Shown here: in pieces, positions 1 through 12,625 of the stretch
Position numbering within the stretch: the stretch's first letter is position 1
Layout: every line of letters begins with the position of its first letter
DNA from: Ginkgo biloba
Taxonomy: Eukaryota; Plantae; Ginkgophyta
Assembly: GCA_024626585.2 (NCBI GenBank)
Contig: JANKJI020000002.1
Span: forward strand, 20,261,245 to 20,295,993
Length of the DNA stretch: 34,749 nucleotides
Direction: 5' to 3'
Notes under the pieces: model-generated
What the model was told of the DNA's origin: nothing
Databases searched by the model: none
What the model saw: only the letters and a program-made list of their open reading frames with translations
Position numbers and translations under genes: made by a program

Positions 1-3000
1 CATATTGTAAAGGAATATTTTGCTATCTAGAATTCAAAAAATTTCTATTTCTGGTTTGAAAAAAGTTAGTCACATCCATTTGGTTTAAGAACACCCACTC
101 AAGATCTTAGTTTATTTCAGGTTATTCCTTATCAAATGAAATAATTGTGGTCTTATACCATGGGAATAATCCATCATAGATCCATGATATACTATCATCT
201 ATTTTATATACTTTTGATATACTTTTATCATTTTATATGACATAATTTTGCCTCCCTTCATAACTCTGTGCAGTAAGACATAATTCACCACCTATGATGT
301 ATGGGCATTGTCCTTCTATAAATAATATTATATATCAACCCCAACACCTAATATGCATTCCATACCATGCCTTCAAATTGTACATAGAGGCAACAAATAA
401 AACAAATCCTAGTCAAGAAAATACACAACACCAACTTTTAATCAATTGATGTTATTAGTTCTATGACAGGTCTAAAAGAAGAGGTCATGTGATGCAATCA
501 TAAGAAATCCATCCTTATGTTGAAGGGAGAAGGGTTAGCAACTAGTAAGACTATATACACACACATACAAATATATGTGTATTTAAGTGTTTAGAGAGGA
601 AAGTCATTTATTTATGTTGGAAATTAATGGGATTTATTTTGTGTACAAATTAGTTTGGCCTTTGGAGGGACCTAAAGCTTAATGATCATTGGATGCATGT
701 GAGTTCATTAGTTTATGAGGTCCTTTGTGGCGTATCATTCTAGGGTCCTTATAAAGTTATTAAATAGTTAGTAATTATGAACATTATTTGATAATGATAG
801 CATTTGAAACCAAGATACTAAGATCCCAACCCTTTAAATTCTCATCTATACTCTTGTGCAATCAAGAAAAAGGGGAAACAACACTATTAAAAGGGAAAAA
901 TACTACTCAATACCATCACCCACCATCATTGATAAATTTTATCCCCTATAAATGAACCCCTTATTATAGGCCACAAACACCAAACAAATTCATAACCAAA
1001 TAATGTAGCACATATGTTTAAGGTATAAACTTACTGTGTGTAAAGATAGAATCCCAATTTTTAATGTTGGATTGCCTTCAATAAGTGATAATTAATGGTG
1101 TGATAATGTTTTTACCCACCCCTTCCTCAACACCCATTTTAAACTTCAACAAAATTTTTCATATATCATATTAGAACCTTGGGATGAATTTACAAGATTT
1201 TGACACCTTGATTAACCACTAAATTATGATAGTACCACACACTCATTCGACTTATTTGGCTTANNNNNNNNNNNNNNNNNNNNNNNNNNNNNNNNNNNNN
1301 NNNNNNNNNNNNNNNNNNNNNNNNNNNNNNNNNNNNNNNNNNNNNNNNNNNNNNNNNNNNNNNAATTTACTTTGACACTTGCAATTTATTTCAATGGATA
1401 ATGTGTTTTCGCCAAACTTTATCCACTTGTTGTTGTTTCTCTTATATCCATTGGGTTTTACCCTTTGAGACATTATTATTTGTCCTTCCAACTATCAATC
1501 CACACCCTACTTATGATTCAAATTACTTGGATCATTTTGTACTACATTAAACTTAATTATTTATTATTACTAGTGCTAGCCATTATTTCCTAATGTCAAC
1601 CTTTTCTATTTTAACAAGATTAGTTTACTTTGACTCATTTAGGACATGGATCAATTGACCACTTTCCTCAATAAGTTCTAAAACTTTATCACAAGTATAA
1701 AATGCATTAGATTTTATATTTTTTGGAAGTCCATATAAGAGATGATCAACAATGGTGTAGTAAAATAAAAAACTATAGAAAAATTGAAAAGGTTGGTTAG
1801 TGAATATTGGTAAACTTAAACAATTTTGAGTTTATTGTCAATGAAGGTACAAAAGATAAAACAAATAAAAAAAGATATAAAAAAGATAAAACAACAAAAA
1901 CATGGAAATAAAATAAGGAATCAACATTAGGTTATGAGATCAGAAGAGTTTTAGTCTACTAAATTTTTGGTTCATTGGAAATTTATGATCAATATGGGAA
2001 TATGAAGGTAGTGAGATTTTAGATCATGAATCTAAAGGACTAGAAAGGTTTTATAGGATATAGAAGAAAAAAATAAACCAAAACATAGACATGAAAAATA
2101 TTTAAAAATAAAAATAGTTATGTCGGTGATATCACTTAGTATATGATAAGGAATGTCACATGATCACTTGGAAAGACACATATTTAAGTTGGTAATAGGA
2201 CCTAGAAACCTCAAAATGTAATGATGAAAAATGGGTGAACTTTTGGTAGATGAATTTTAGAATGAAAAAGGTAATCATTATATACTTTGGAATGAGAAAA
2301 TACATAGTATTTCACTTTAATATTTACAAAATATTCTAATCATCTATTATTTGACATTTAACATTTATGATTTAGGTTGAGTCCAATGCCTTATTGCAAC
2401 GATATTATGCAATGCACAATCAGACCAAATTGGTATGCATGACCTTTATGTTTATGTTGAGATGTCTAAATTTAGTTATCTAGATAACATTTTTTTAATT
2501 TAATATATTTCAATGAATCTAAGATTTTTTAAATTTAATTAGCATTTATATAGACAAAATAAGATCATTTTATGACTAATATATCTAAAGATCCATGTTT
2601 TGATTATTAGTAGTGGGAAGTCAACTTGATTTACTTATTAATAATATTAGAGCCTCCTACACTAGTGATCAATAATAGGGTTGATCTCTATAGTGTGATT
2701 CCACTAAGACAAAAGAAGAAGAAGAAGAATTACACCACATTCCTACTTGTACTAGGTAATGNNNNNNNNNNNNNNNNNNNNNNNNNNNNNNNNNNNNNNN
2801 NNNNNNNNNNNNNNNNNNNNNNNNNNNNNNNNNNNNNNNNNNNNNNNNNNNNNNNNNNNNNTCTATCTAAAGTGATCCACTTGGCCTAATGTGGATACTA
2901 TCCCTTCTTCCTAACTAAGAAAGATTCAATACTAGAAGACCTTATCTTATTCACTAGATGCCACAAAATCATGTCCTCCTAAAGCGTCTTTGTATAATTT

Positions 3001-3059
3001 CGTTGTAACTCATTAATATGGGTTGGATCTAAGTTTATTTTTTTATTAATATAAAATTT

Positions 3060-4145
3060 GACATAGTTGCAAGAAATGACTAGAATCACAAAAAAATACC
3101 ATACTTAAAAAATTAGTCAAATGACACAATATGGAAAATTAATGTATCATATACTAGGAGGGAAAAAATAGCATGAAAGTCAAGAAAGTGCCTACATCTA
3201 CTAAAGCACAATTTTTTCAAAAATAATTGACAAAGTAAAGTAGCCAACCTGAGGAAATGCCAAGTTGTAAGAAAATATCATATTTTAAAAAATTGATAAA
3301 ATGTTGTGACATGGGAAAATAATGCACTTTGCATTACATATAGTTTATGGTTCAGTTTTTGAGAAAATGCGTTAGTCCGTATAGGCGTAGTTATTTGTAA
3401 AAATTTAGCCAAGTTTTAAAGATGACACAAGAAATTACTAAATTTTAAAAAATTGGCAAAATGTCACGATATGGAAAAAAAATGTGCCATACATTCTGTG
3501 TAGCATGATGGAGTTATTTTTGATAAAAAATTTAAGTCTATATTGGCACAATTAGTAGAGAAATTTTTTGCCAAGTTTCAAATATGATGTGAGAAAATGC
3601 AAACTTGTGAAAAATTACTAAATTTTAAAAAATTAGCAAAATGCCTCAATTTGGCAAAATGATATGTCGTGCATTTTGTACAACACGATTTAACATTTTT
3701 TAAGAAAATAAGTCTATATAGGTGTAAAAAAAAAAAAAAAAATGGCCNNNNNNNNNNNNNNNNNNNNNNNNNNNNNNNNNNNNNNNNNNNNNNNNNNNNN
3801 NNNNNNNNNNTGTCACGATATAGAAAAATAATGTATTATGCATTCTATATAGCATGACGGTGAAATTTTCAAGAAAATGGACAATTTCATATAAGCATAG
3901 TTATTCATGAAAATTTGGACAAGTTTTAAAGACGATATGATAAAATGCAAAATCGCAAGAAATTATTAAATTTTAGAAAATTGAGAAAATGTCATGATAT
4001 GGAAAAATGATGCACCATGCACTTTGTACAACATGATGGTGTGATTTTTGAAAAATTACTAATTTTATACAAATGTAGAATAATTCTAATCACAAGAAAT
4101 TATTGGGCGATAAAATGTTGACTTTTAAAAATTGATAAAAACTCA
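3060..4145. repeat. Degenerate ~180-bp tandem (satellite-like) array, ~6 copies
   Basis: The anchor AAAAATTG(G/A)(C/T)AAAATG(T/A)CA(C/T)GATATGGAAAA recurs near 3107, 3287, 3447, 3627, 3811 (after a gap), 3976 and partly 4127. Spacing is mostly 160-180 bp. Confidence 0.8.
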
Positions 4146-4303
4146 CTATTTAAGAAAAATGTGAGGCCCATATAAAAAATGCATGCTTGCATGGCTCAAA
4201 AAATATTTTTTTCACATCACCTTTTCTAGAAGTTGAAATGAACAACTACGGTAATGGATTCAATAATTCTCTATATGAAGATAAAATATCTTAAGAACTC
4301 AAT

Positions 4304-4780
4304 TGATGGGGGGCTTCTTCTGCTTCTTTTTGGCTCTTCTTTACAAATTTATTTATAATTGGGTACCCTCTTATGAAAGAATTTTTTTGTGATAGTAATT
4401 AAATGTATTATCTTCTTCTTACCAAGTGAAGGCTTACAATATCACTTAGTTAATAACTTTCAATTCATTTATAACAATCAAGAAGAAGCTTGTGATTTAA
4501 CCAAGCTTATTAGCTNNNNNNNNNNNNNNNNNNNNNNNNNNNNNNNNNNNNNNNNNNNNNNNNNNNNNNNNNNNNNNNNNNNNNNNNNNNNNNNNNNNNN
4601 NNNNNNNNNNNNNNNAGATAATTCTCTAATTATCTAATTTACTAAATAATATAACTCACATAAATGATAACTACTAAATAAGTTCATCATATGGCCTTAG
4701 TTATGTAATTATATTACAAAAATAAATGTGAGCATACAAAATTATTGATATAAAGTTCTCAATAATTAATACACAACACA
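4304..4780. mobile_element. Probable solo LTR inserted into the integrase C-terminus
   Basis: Bounded by TG at 4304 and ...ACAACA(CA) at 4778/4780. Integrase-like translation (FI*RI..I...VH..LLEK) resumes on the minus strand below 4303. Flanks TCAAT/TTAGT differ by two transitions (possible decayed TSD). Contains a 100-N gap. Confidence 0.45.
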
Positions 4781-4860
4781 TTAGTGATGAATATGCATAA
4801 TCTTTCTACTCAAATGAAGTAGTGGATGTTAAAAATCAAATGTCCNNNNNNNNNNNNNNN

Positions 4861-5510
4861 AATCCCAAATAAGCCATAAATAAATAATTACCAAGTGAGT
4901 GATGGAAATCCCTTTTGTAATTGTGTTACATGTATGGAAGGGAATCATCCCAAGTCTTTGGATACCTATTGTTATAAATTTGTAATGTGTGTATAAGTGT
5001 CATGTTGATTGCCTCTATTTTTTTATCTGTATGTGGTTGAAAGTAAGTTTATCTCTTCAACTTAATGTTCATCATTCCCCATAAACTAGTCCAAAAGTGA
5101 ATAAGAAATTTGTTATCTCGATCAGATATAATATAGGAAGACAAACCATAATGGATCCAAATATGTGTGAAGAACAAATTGAAAACTAGTGGTGTAGTTA
5201 TGGTCTTATTTCATGCCATAAAAATAACCATATAATTTAATCTATCCAAAACTACAAATATATAGCTATGACAGTATTGGGTTGGAGGAAACCCTTCTAA
5301 GAAGTCTATATAAATAGACTGCCATGGATTATGTGGTTAGAGTAGAGGTTGATACTTTTTAAGATTCCTATTAGAAGTCTTGGAGATACAATAAAGTGAT
5401 AATGACCTACTATACCTCTCCACATCAATGTACATATTTGCATAGAAGTAGCAATGAAGATGTGCCAAAGGCTTCCTAGTTTTAATGTGCCCATCCACCC
5501 TAGAATAATG
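4861..5510 (-). pseudogene. Gypsy integrase remnant (HHCC zinc-binding region + rve core)
   Basis: HYSRVDGHIKTRKPLAHLHCYFY...PHNPWQSIYIDFLEGFPPTQ..HSYIFVVLDRLNYMVI...IWIHYGLSSYIISDRDNKFLIHFWTSLW...FQPHTDKKIEAINMTL...YPKTWDDSLPYM follows the gypsy integrase consensus (PW.SISMDF, VVVDRFSK, ISDRD.KF, FHPQTDGQTE.VN). Confidence 0.93.
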
Positions 5511-5754
5511 TTGTTACCTGGTCAACTGAGTTTAAAAATGTACTAAGTACATATCAAACCTAGGTTATATAATAATTTATACTTGAGATTAAAATATCTT
5601 AAGGAATACTATCTAGCCATTAGAGGATCTATTTTTTGAGAAATAATCAAGGAAAAATATGAATCAATAGAATATATCCCTTTCCATTAAAGAAAGCCAA
5701 AACATGTAGCATATAATACTTAAAAGAATGAGTGACCAAGTGGTATGATAAATA

Positions 5755-6095
5755 AATAATCTACTATATCATTTCTTCCCTTCTTATACTTGATAACGAT
5801 GTGAAATTATTGAAGATAACCCATTCCTCTTGCTAGTCGATGATCCTTAAGTCTAATCTATGAATGTCAAAATTAAAGTGACCGATGGTAAAAATAGATA
5901 ATGGTATCCTTCCCAAGGAGATAATGAATCTAATTCTTCACTATCTACATTATATCATAAATATCCTTGTGATAAGTGTTATACTTCTATAGTATATCTT
6001 CATAGGACTCATAATGATAAGAAACTAGCTTGCCTAACTGGGTAAGAACTATTCCAATCACATGTCCAAAGGCATTAAACTCAACCTTAAAAGTT
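5755..6095 (-). pseudogene. Gypsy RNase H remnant
   Basis: FKVEFNAFGHVIGIVLTQLGKLVSYHYE...KYNTYHKDIYDIM..VKN*IHYLLGKDTII..YHRSL...KYKKGRNDIVDYL resembles ETDAS..GAVL.Q, Y.TYDKELYA, HYL.GK..IIHTDH.PL. Confidence 0.85.
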
Positions 6096-6229
6096 ATTTA
6101 TAAATTTGACATGACCAAAATTATTTTCATATAAATTTGTGCTTTATCAAGTCGAGGGAATATTATTAATCCTTATCCCATGTTAAGGCTTACTTTACCT
6201 TTGTGAGTTTATTTAATAGTGAATCAATC

Positions 6230-6565
6230 TCTAAATATCCCTGTAAAAAATTCTATAGAACTTGGCCAAACCTAAGAAGGCCATAAATATCAGTAGGCCT
6301 AATCTAATCCCAAAGGACTTATATCTTATCTAGATGTAATTAAAAAATATTTTCATCAATAATTAATTCTAAATAGGATATACTATTCGTGGAAAAGTGA
6401 TAATTATCCATGTTACCATGTAACTCATTCTCTCACAACTCATGAAGAACTCTCTATAAGTGCACAAGGTGTTTCTCCCATGTGTGACTAAAAAATAGAA
6501 TATCATCAAGGTATACATTGATAAAATAATCCAAATATATTATAATAACATTGCTAATTAACTTC
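6230..6565 (-). pseudogene. Gypsy reverse transcriptase remnant (YLDD motif near 6502-6513)
   Basis: YLDYFINVYLDDILFFSHTWEKHLVHL*RVLHEL and, downstream, AFLGLAKFYRIF. The N-terminal part of RT falls in the 6566-6890 gap. Confidence 0.92.
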
Positions 6566-7249
6566 NNNNNNNNNNNNNNNNNNNNNNNNNNNNNNNNNNN
6601 NNNNNNNNNNNNNNNNNNNNNNNNNNNNNNNNNNNNNNNNNNNNNNNNNNNNNNNNNNNNNNNNNNNNNNNNNNNNNNNNNNNNNNNNNNNNNNNNNNNN
6701 NNNNNNNNNNNNNNNNNNNNNNNNNNNNNNNNNNNNNNNNNNNNNNNNNNNNNNNNNNNNNNNNNNNNNNNNNNNNNNNNNNNNNNNNNNNNNNNNNNNN
6801 NNNNNNNNNNNNNNNNNNNNNNNNNNNNNNNNNNNNNNNNNNNNNNNNNNNNNNNNNNNNNNNNNNNNNNNNNNNNNNNNNNNNNNNNNNTCCTCTAATT
6901 TCCTTTTGATTTTTTTATTTTATAATAATAATTTATGATGAAATACTCCATTAAATAATGGTTCTTTTATAACTAAATCAATGACATGAGAGGTGGTCCT
7001 TTTTAGGGGAAGGCCTTGTGGAAATTTAAAGAAATATTCATACTTTGTCAAAAAAATATATATTTTATTTTCTTGAGTTACATCTTATAAAGTAATTTGT
7101 AATTACTTATGAGTATTAAAACTCAACTTGTGATGGTTCATAAGCATTATCAACACAATTTTTTGAGATGCTTGAACCAACCATTTAGCTTAAGATTTAT
7201 TAACCAAAATAGTTTTTTTTATATTGGAATAGAAGTGATCATAATGGGA

Positions 7250-7610
7250 TTTCCATCCTTTGATCAATACATATTATTCCTTACAGGGAATGATTTCATC
7301 TTTCCTATCATATAGGAATGGAATTCTTATTAAAATACTAATGCAATCCATAGGCACCACATCACAGGTTATCTCATCTACAAACTGATTAGTGATGGAA
7401 AATTTGAAAGTGCATTACTTAGTAATTTAGTCTCTATATTCTCTAATTATACACCCATCTCATAAGGCTCTAGATGATCATGTTTATAAACCCCCAATTC
7501 CTTCACCATAGCTACAAAAATTAAATTCTTCTAGCTCCAACTGTTTAGAATTACTCAGACAACCTTGTCTTTCAGTTGATGCTTTGATGTAAAAATTTTC
7601 TCTCTCTCAT
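7250..7610 (-). pseudogene. Retropepsin (aspartic protease) remnant, CRM-like
   Basis: REKIFTSK..LKDKVV*VILNSWS*KNLI..MVKELG..HDHLEPYEMG...CTFKFSITNQFVDEITCDVVPMDCISILIRIPFLYDRK; the catalytic DSGS has decayed to NSWS. Confidence 0.85.
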
Positions 7611-7714
7611 TTCCATTAGTCTTGGTATTAATTAATCTTATGGAAATATCTAGTTCATTTAAAGTGATGTCCACCCAAGGAATTCTCTTCCTATTTTTTT
7701 GAAGTGACCTCAGT

Positions 7715-7785
7715 GCCTTTTCTAGGTGTAATTTGAAGCGATTTACTTCATCATGTCATTTCTTCTTATACTATCTATACTTCTT
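7715..7785 (-). pseudogene. Gag CCHC zinc-knuckle remnant
   Basis: YR*YKKK*HDEVNRFKLHLEK parallels C..CKK.GH.E..C.KLHPE and sits immediately upstream of the protease. Confidence 0.55.
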
Positions 7786-10183
7786 ATTTAGATAAAAATA
7801 TATTTTCTTCTTATCCTTGTTGAAATAAGAATAAGTGATTTCCTTATTATCCTTCCCTTGAAAGGCTTGAGGAGTCCTCTTTCATACCTCAACCTTAGAA
7901 TCAATGTGAGCCGTATAGAAAGGTCAATATTTTTAATTATGATTTTTAGGCTTGGTAGTTGAATATCTTTAACATGGATCTTCTTTGACACTCTTAAGTT
8001 GTGTAGATTTAGTTTCTTGTCCTTCCACTAAGAGTTCTTAGATTGTTAGCTCTCCCTGCACCTAATGCACTTCGACTGTAGAACTTGTCAACTTAAGAAT
8101 GACTATAGTAGGTGTAGCTTACTCTTAAGTGATTGGATCAACCAAATATATATTGGATAATTATTGCATAGCCTTATTTGGATCATTAATGTGTTTTAGG
8201 GATCTCAAGTATAATACATTGATTAGAGGAGTGGTGAACACCCATGCCTATATAGGCATTTTCCATGCTCTAGGTCATATGTATCTTCATACTATCCAAC
8301 AAAATATATACATTAATAGTCTCAACTGAATCTTAGTGACAAGGTGTTCATTGATATTGATGGGGCATTGGATTGGATAGAGGAGGTCATTCGATCTTTT
8401 TAAATTCTACTTGAATAAGAATGTGTCTCTTAGTGACCTTCGATGGATCAAAGAGGGCCCTTTAATTGAGTTCCCATTTGTTGGCGTATGTTAAGTGCAT
8501 TTTCTTCAACATGTTCCTCTTTGTCCCTTACATTATTTCAAAACCAGTTCAATGCCTTATCTACCCCAATTTCATGCCTAGTAATTTCAATGATCACATC
8601 ATCCATGGTGACCTAAAAAGGCAATAACCCTAGCTCCATTTTTCAAGTGTACTTAATGATCATTATAAAGTGTGGCAGTAATTCAAATTTGGATAAGCTC
8701 TTATATGTGTTTATAACTTTATGGGGGATTTGCTCAATTGTGCTACATGCTCTTAAATCATATGAAATTGTCTATTAATTTTTTGAGTTATGATTTTTAC
8801 GTTGGTCAACCTATCATACTTCCTATAATATTGAAATCACCAAGCCTTGTCTTGTGAATTGACCTATTATTTTTTATGCTAGATTATAGGCTTTAGTAAT
8901 CAATGCAATCAANNNNNNNNNNNNNNNNNNNNNNNNNNNNNNNNNNNNNNNNNNNNNNNNNNNNNNNNNNNNNNNNNNNNNNNNNNNNNNNNNNNNNNNN
9001 NNNNNNNNNNNNTAAAGCTAACTTAACTTACTAACTCAAATTTGAATTATTCTAATAGATCCCACCCAAAAAAAGAACTAGAGTGGAAATTCCTACATGG
9101 GAAGGAAAAAAGTCTATATGATCCTTCCAAAGGAAACTGACTCAAAAGAGTAAGAGAACACTATAAATAGTGATGCTAACAAAATATTTGTTTATTATGT
9201 CTTAGATTTTTCTTTCTACTCTGACATATTTATCCATTACATCTCCCACATGCTCAAATTATATACCAATAAGATATTTGGATGAGGAATAATAGTGAGT
9301 TAAATTAAAATAAAAGAATTTAGGGAATGACTCAATACCACATGTAAACAATTGGAATAAGAAAAGAATGAGGTAAAGTCACTAACAAAAAAAATTAAGA
9401 AAAAATCAAGGGACTGGGTAGAACACCACCTACAAAATAATCATTTCCATAATGACTTGTTATAATCTTGAGAATTGTTATCCACTACAAAAACATGGTA
9501 TCAATAAGATACCAAGGAAAAACACAATTAAAAATTGAATAGGTAATGAGAAAATTAAGTTAGCCCTTGTAAAAATGTTGATGTAGCATAAAGAACATAA
9601 AGAATAACACCATTATTGCACAAATTTAAGTATACTAAAAGGTAAAGTTAAACTGAAGTGAGGAAACTTAAAAAATAGCCAAGATACCAATGGGTTAACA
9701 TCGAAACATAAAAGACTCTATAAGGATAAATCATTGCCTAAAGGAAACAATGGAAAAATATAGGCTAATAACACTTGAACAAAACATCAAGTATTATAGA
9801 TTAAAATGTCAATTGAGGCCTAGATTATCTTTTANNNNNNNNNNTGGATGTTACATAATAATCACAAGAACTTAAATTTGTTATTTAGAATACACTTAAC
9901 AATTAACTATGATATAATAAAAATCAAATCAAGCATTTACTACACTAAATTCCAAAGAAAATGAGGTAGTGGCAACAAAATTTGAGATATGGTGAATTTT
10001 ATAATGTTTAAAGTAGGAATAGTATTCTACCTTAAAAGTTTAGATTATTATGATAACACACATCCCTAAGATCATCAAGTCGNNNNNNNNNNNNNNNNNN
10101 NNNNNNNNNNNNNNNNNNNNNNNNNNNNNNNNNNNNNNNNNNNNNNNNNNNNNNNNNNNNNNNNNNNNNNNNNNNNNNNNNNT

Positions 10184-11160
10184 TAGTAGGAGTTTTCATA
10201 GACGATGTCCCCAATTTACCTACTACTCTTTATTTTTCCTTTTCCATAATTTTAGTGGATGAGGCACCCTATTTTCCTACTACTCCCTTTTTATTGTTTC
10301 CTCCCTTTTTAGTATCTCTAGCGATCGCTACATATGGCCCTCTTTTTTTACTTTTATCCCTTTCTTCATTCTAATATTTTAATATTTCACTTCTTATTCT
10401 TTTAGTGGACCTCATAGGCTCATCCCTCACCATGATGTCCCTTGTCTTATAATGTTGTAACATCTCCCTTATATTCTTATCTCTTCTGTGGGTTTATTTT
10501 TATGTACTTGATTAGTAGTTTAGGTATACAATTCTAAAATGACTTGTGTATTAGAGTGTAGAATTCTTTATAATTTTTATTGATAGACTAATGATTTTAT
10601 AGGGTGTCATCCCAACAATATTACTCATATAATTTTTCCCACCATTATCATGTGGTTTTCTTTACTATTTTAGGATCCAAAAAAAATCCTTGTTAATGAA
10701 TAACTACTCTATTGATGAGTATCTTATTCTTCCCTTCTTTGTCTTGATTCTTTAATTATAAAATATCTACTAGAACATGCACTAGATATCTCTAATAGGT
10801 TATCCATGCATTGATTTTCGTTAGAGTATTAACAACGAATTCCTCATGGGTGTTAGAGAGGAATTTGTCTTCTACTATTTTCATTGAAATATTTTAACAT
10901 CGAGCATAGAGTTAAATGTAGCTATTGATATTTTTGAACCACCAATTTTAGATTTTATCATAGAGCAGATCTTCATCTATCAATGTAAGGTCCTTTGAGT
11001 TTGTTATTATCTCTTCTGATGATGACATCAGTTCTCGTTGCCGGCTTCAATCTTTCCTACTAATTTTTGATAATAAACTCCCCTGTCATAGTTCATTATC
11101 ATTCATTGGTATGTTTTAAAATATTATCATTCTCTCCACCTTAAAATTTCTATGTTGATG
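10184..11160 (-). pseudogene. Degenerate coding-like region downstream of a PBS (leader ORF or gag N-terminus of an Athila/Tat-like element)
   Basis: Minus strand is purine-rich and reads as a long interrupted frame (..DLTLIDEDLLYDKI*NWWFKNINSYI..WWEKLYE*YCWDD..) directly 3' of the PBS. No domain firmly recognised. Confidence 0.3.
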
Positions 11161-11191
11161 AAAATATTTGGGGATTCAGGTTTGAACATGC

Positions 11192-11203
11192 ATAACGACA
11201 CCA
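11192..11203 (-). promoter_or_regulatory. Decayed primer-binding site, tRNA-Asp/Athila type, next to an LTR end at 11206
   Basis: Minus strand reads TAACA-TT-TGGTGTCGTTAT, a C>T-decayed form of the canonical CA-NN-TGGCGCCGTTGC junction. The LTR would extend rightwards from 11206. Confidence 0.55.
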
Positions 11204-11865
11204 AATGTTAAGCATATTTCTTCCTAACAACAATGAAATCATTCTCCATCTAATCCAATGGATATCATGGTATTGCATGTTAGTCACCAGTCAATATCTA
11301 AGTATTTAGACATTATATTCATTCATGGGACTTCACCAATAGACAACTCATTAAGGGGAAAATCATTTGCACATTGTATAAAGAGAGATATTAGATTACA
11401 TGGATCAAGGACATATTATAATGCAAAGGCAATAGCCAACCTCATATTACATAACATAAGTCTCTCATATAATTTTTTATTTATACATATTTATCCAACC
11501 ATGAAAATATTATTTATACATAGCCTTGATAGTTATGGTAACCACCGTAGAGATTACAATGCATAGATTCTAGCTTAATGTTGTCAGAGAATTCATGTCA
11601 GTAAAGGGTAGCTCCATTAGTGTTGGTGCTTCACTTGGTTATCAGCGTTGGTTGGTGGCATACCTCTTTGTTGGTGTAAGCTAAGGAATATCCTATGTTA
11701 TTTGATTATGTGTTATCCTTCATCCAATAGACTTATTATAAATCTCAGCAAAGCAATTCCTTTTCTTTGTTCAATACTAGTACAAACTCATGACAAATAA
11801 GTTCCATGATAATACCTTGAGGGAAAAAAAAAATTATTCTTTTTTTTAATTTAGTTATTATCATA

Positions 11866-11880
11866 TGTGTGTGTGTGTGT
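11866..11880. repeat. (TG)7 microsatellite
   Basis: TGTGTGTGTGTGTGT. Confidence 0.9.
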
Positions 11881-12392
11881 ATAATTATCATGATTACTTA
11901 TATTTATGAATTAAAAATATTTGTCCGTAGCCATATGTTATTGCCCATTTTAGCACCTATGATATCGATCCTAACCAGTTAACCTATACATCACTATTTG
12001 CATGACCACTTACATGTCCCTTAGTCGACCGTGTGGAATTTCATGATTACCCTATTGGTTANNNNNNNNNNNNNNNNNNNNNNNNNNNNNNNNNNNNNNN
12101 NNNNNNNNNNNNNNNNNNNNNNNNNNNNNNNNNNNNNNNNNNNNNNNNNNNNNNNNNNNNNAATATCTCTAACATTGAGTGAAATATGTTGGGTGGAATC
12201 ATTTGATTTGCTATATAAATGTCGGTTCATTCATTAAAAATGGTCGAATCTTTTTGTCTCGTTTACCTTTCACTGTATAGATATATTCCACAAGTTCCAC
12301 AACTTGTCTCTCTAAGTTCAATATGTATGGGAAAATTCTACATATTATACCTCTTTCTATCCCTACTCCAGACCTATATCTGGCATCATGCA

Positions 12393-12625
12393 TCCAAGCA
12401 ATAGAGGTAGTCTCGTGTCATATTTCCAAGCAATAGAGGTTATCTCGCATAAGTATAAAATAATTTTGCATAATGCAATCAAGGTAGTCTCACATTCTGC
12501 ATACTACAATAGAGGTGCAAGTTGTTGTATACCACAACAAGGGAGAGGCAACAAACTACATCCATTGCGATACTATGAACCTGCTACAATAGTACTATTG
12601 CGGACATTCACAATGTTGCAATAAC
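12393..12625. repeat. Cluster of short direct and inverted CAATAG-core repeats (CACTA subterminal-like)
   Basis: TCCAAGCAATAGAGGT occurs exactly at 12393 and 12425 (32-bp period), with variants near 12475 and 12506, and a perfect palindrome CAATAGTACTATTG at 12587-12600. Confidence 0.6.

Larger units (their letters stand above)
4225..7990 (-). mobile_element. Decayed Ty3/gypsy LTR retrotransposon gag-pol (CRM-like protease); order Zn-knuckle, PR, RT, RH, INT
   Basis: Minus-strand translation gives recognisable domains in gypsy order, with many stops and frameshifts (see sub-features). The PR-RT linker KYEYFFKFPQGLPLKRTTSHVIDL lies at ~6980-7050. Confidence 0.92.

Noticed and set aside
1121-1145. 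Possible LTR end with decayed PPT (TCAACA-CCCATTTT)
   Set aside because: Too degenerate; no partner LTR or coding support.
1930-2300. Faint Gag-like or endonuclease-like words
   Set aside because: Compatible with chance in AT-rich DNA.
8480-8800. Minus-strand coding-like stretch resembling retroelement accessory ORFs
   Set aside because: No diagnostic motif; it cannot be tied to the adjacent gypsy element.
9013-9830. A-rich plus-strand stretch that looks like a coiled-coil ORF
   Set aside because: Many stops and no recognisable domain.
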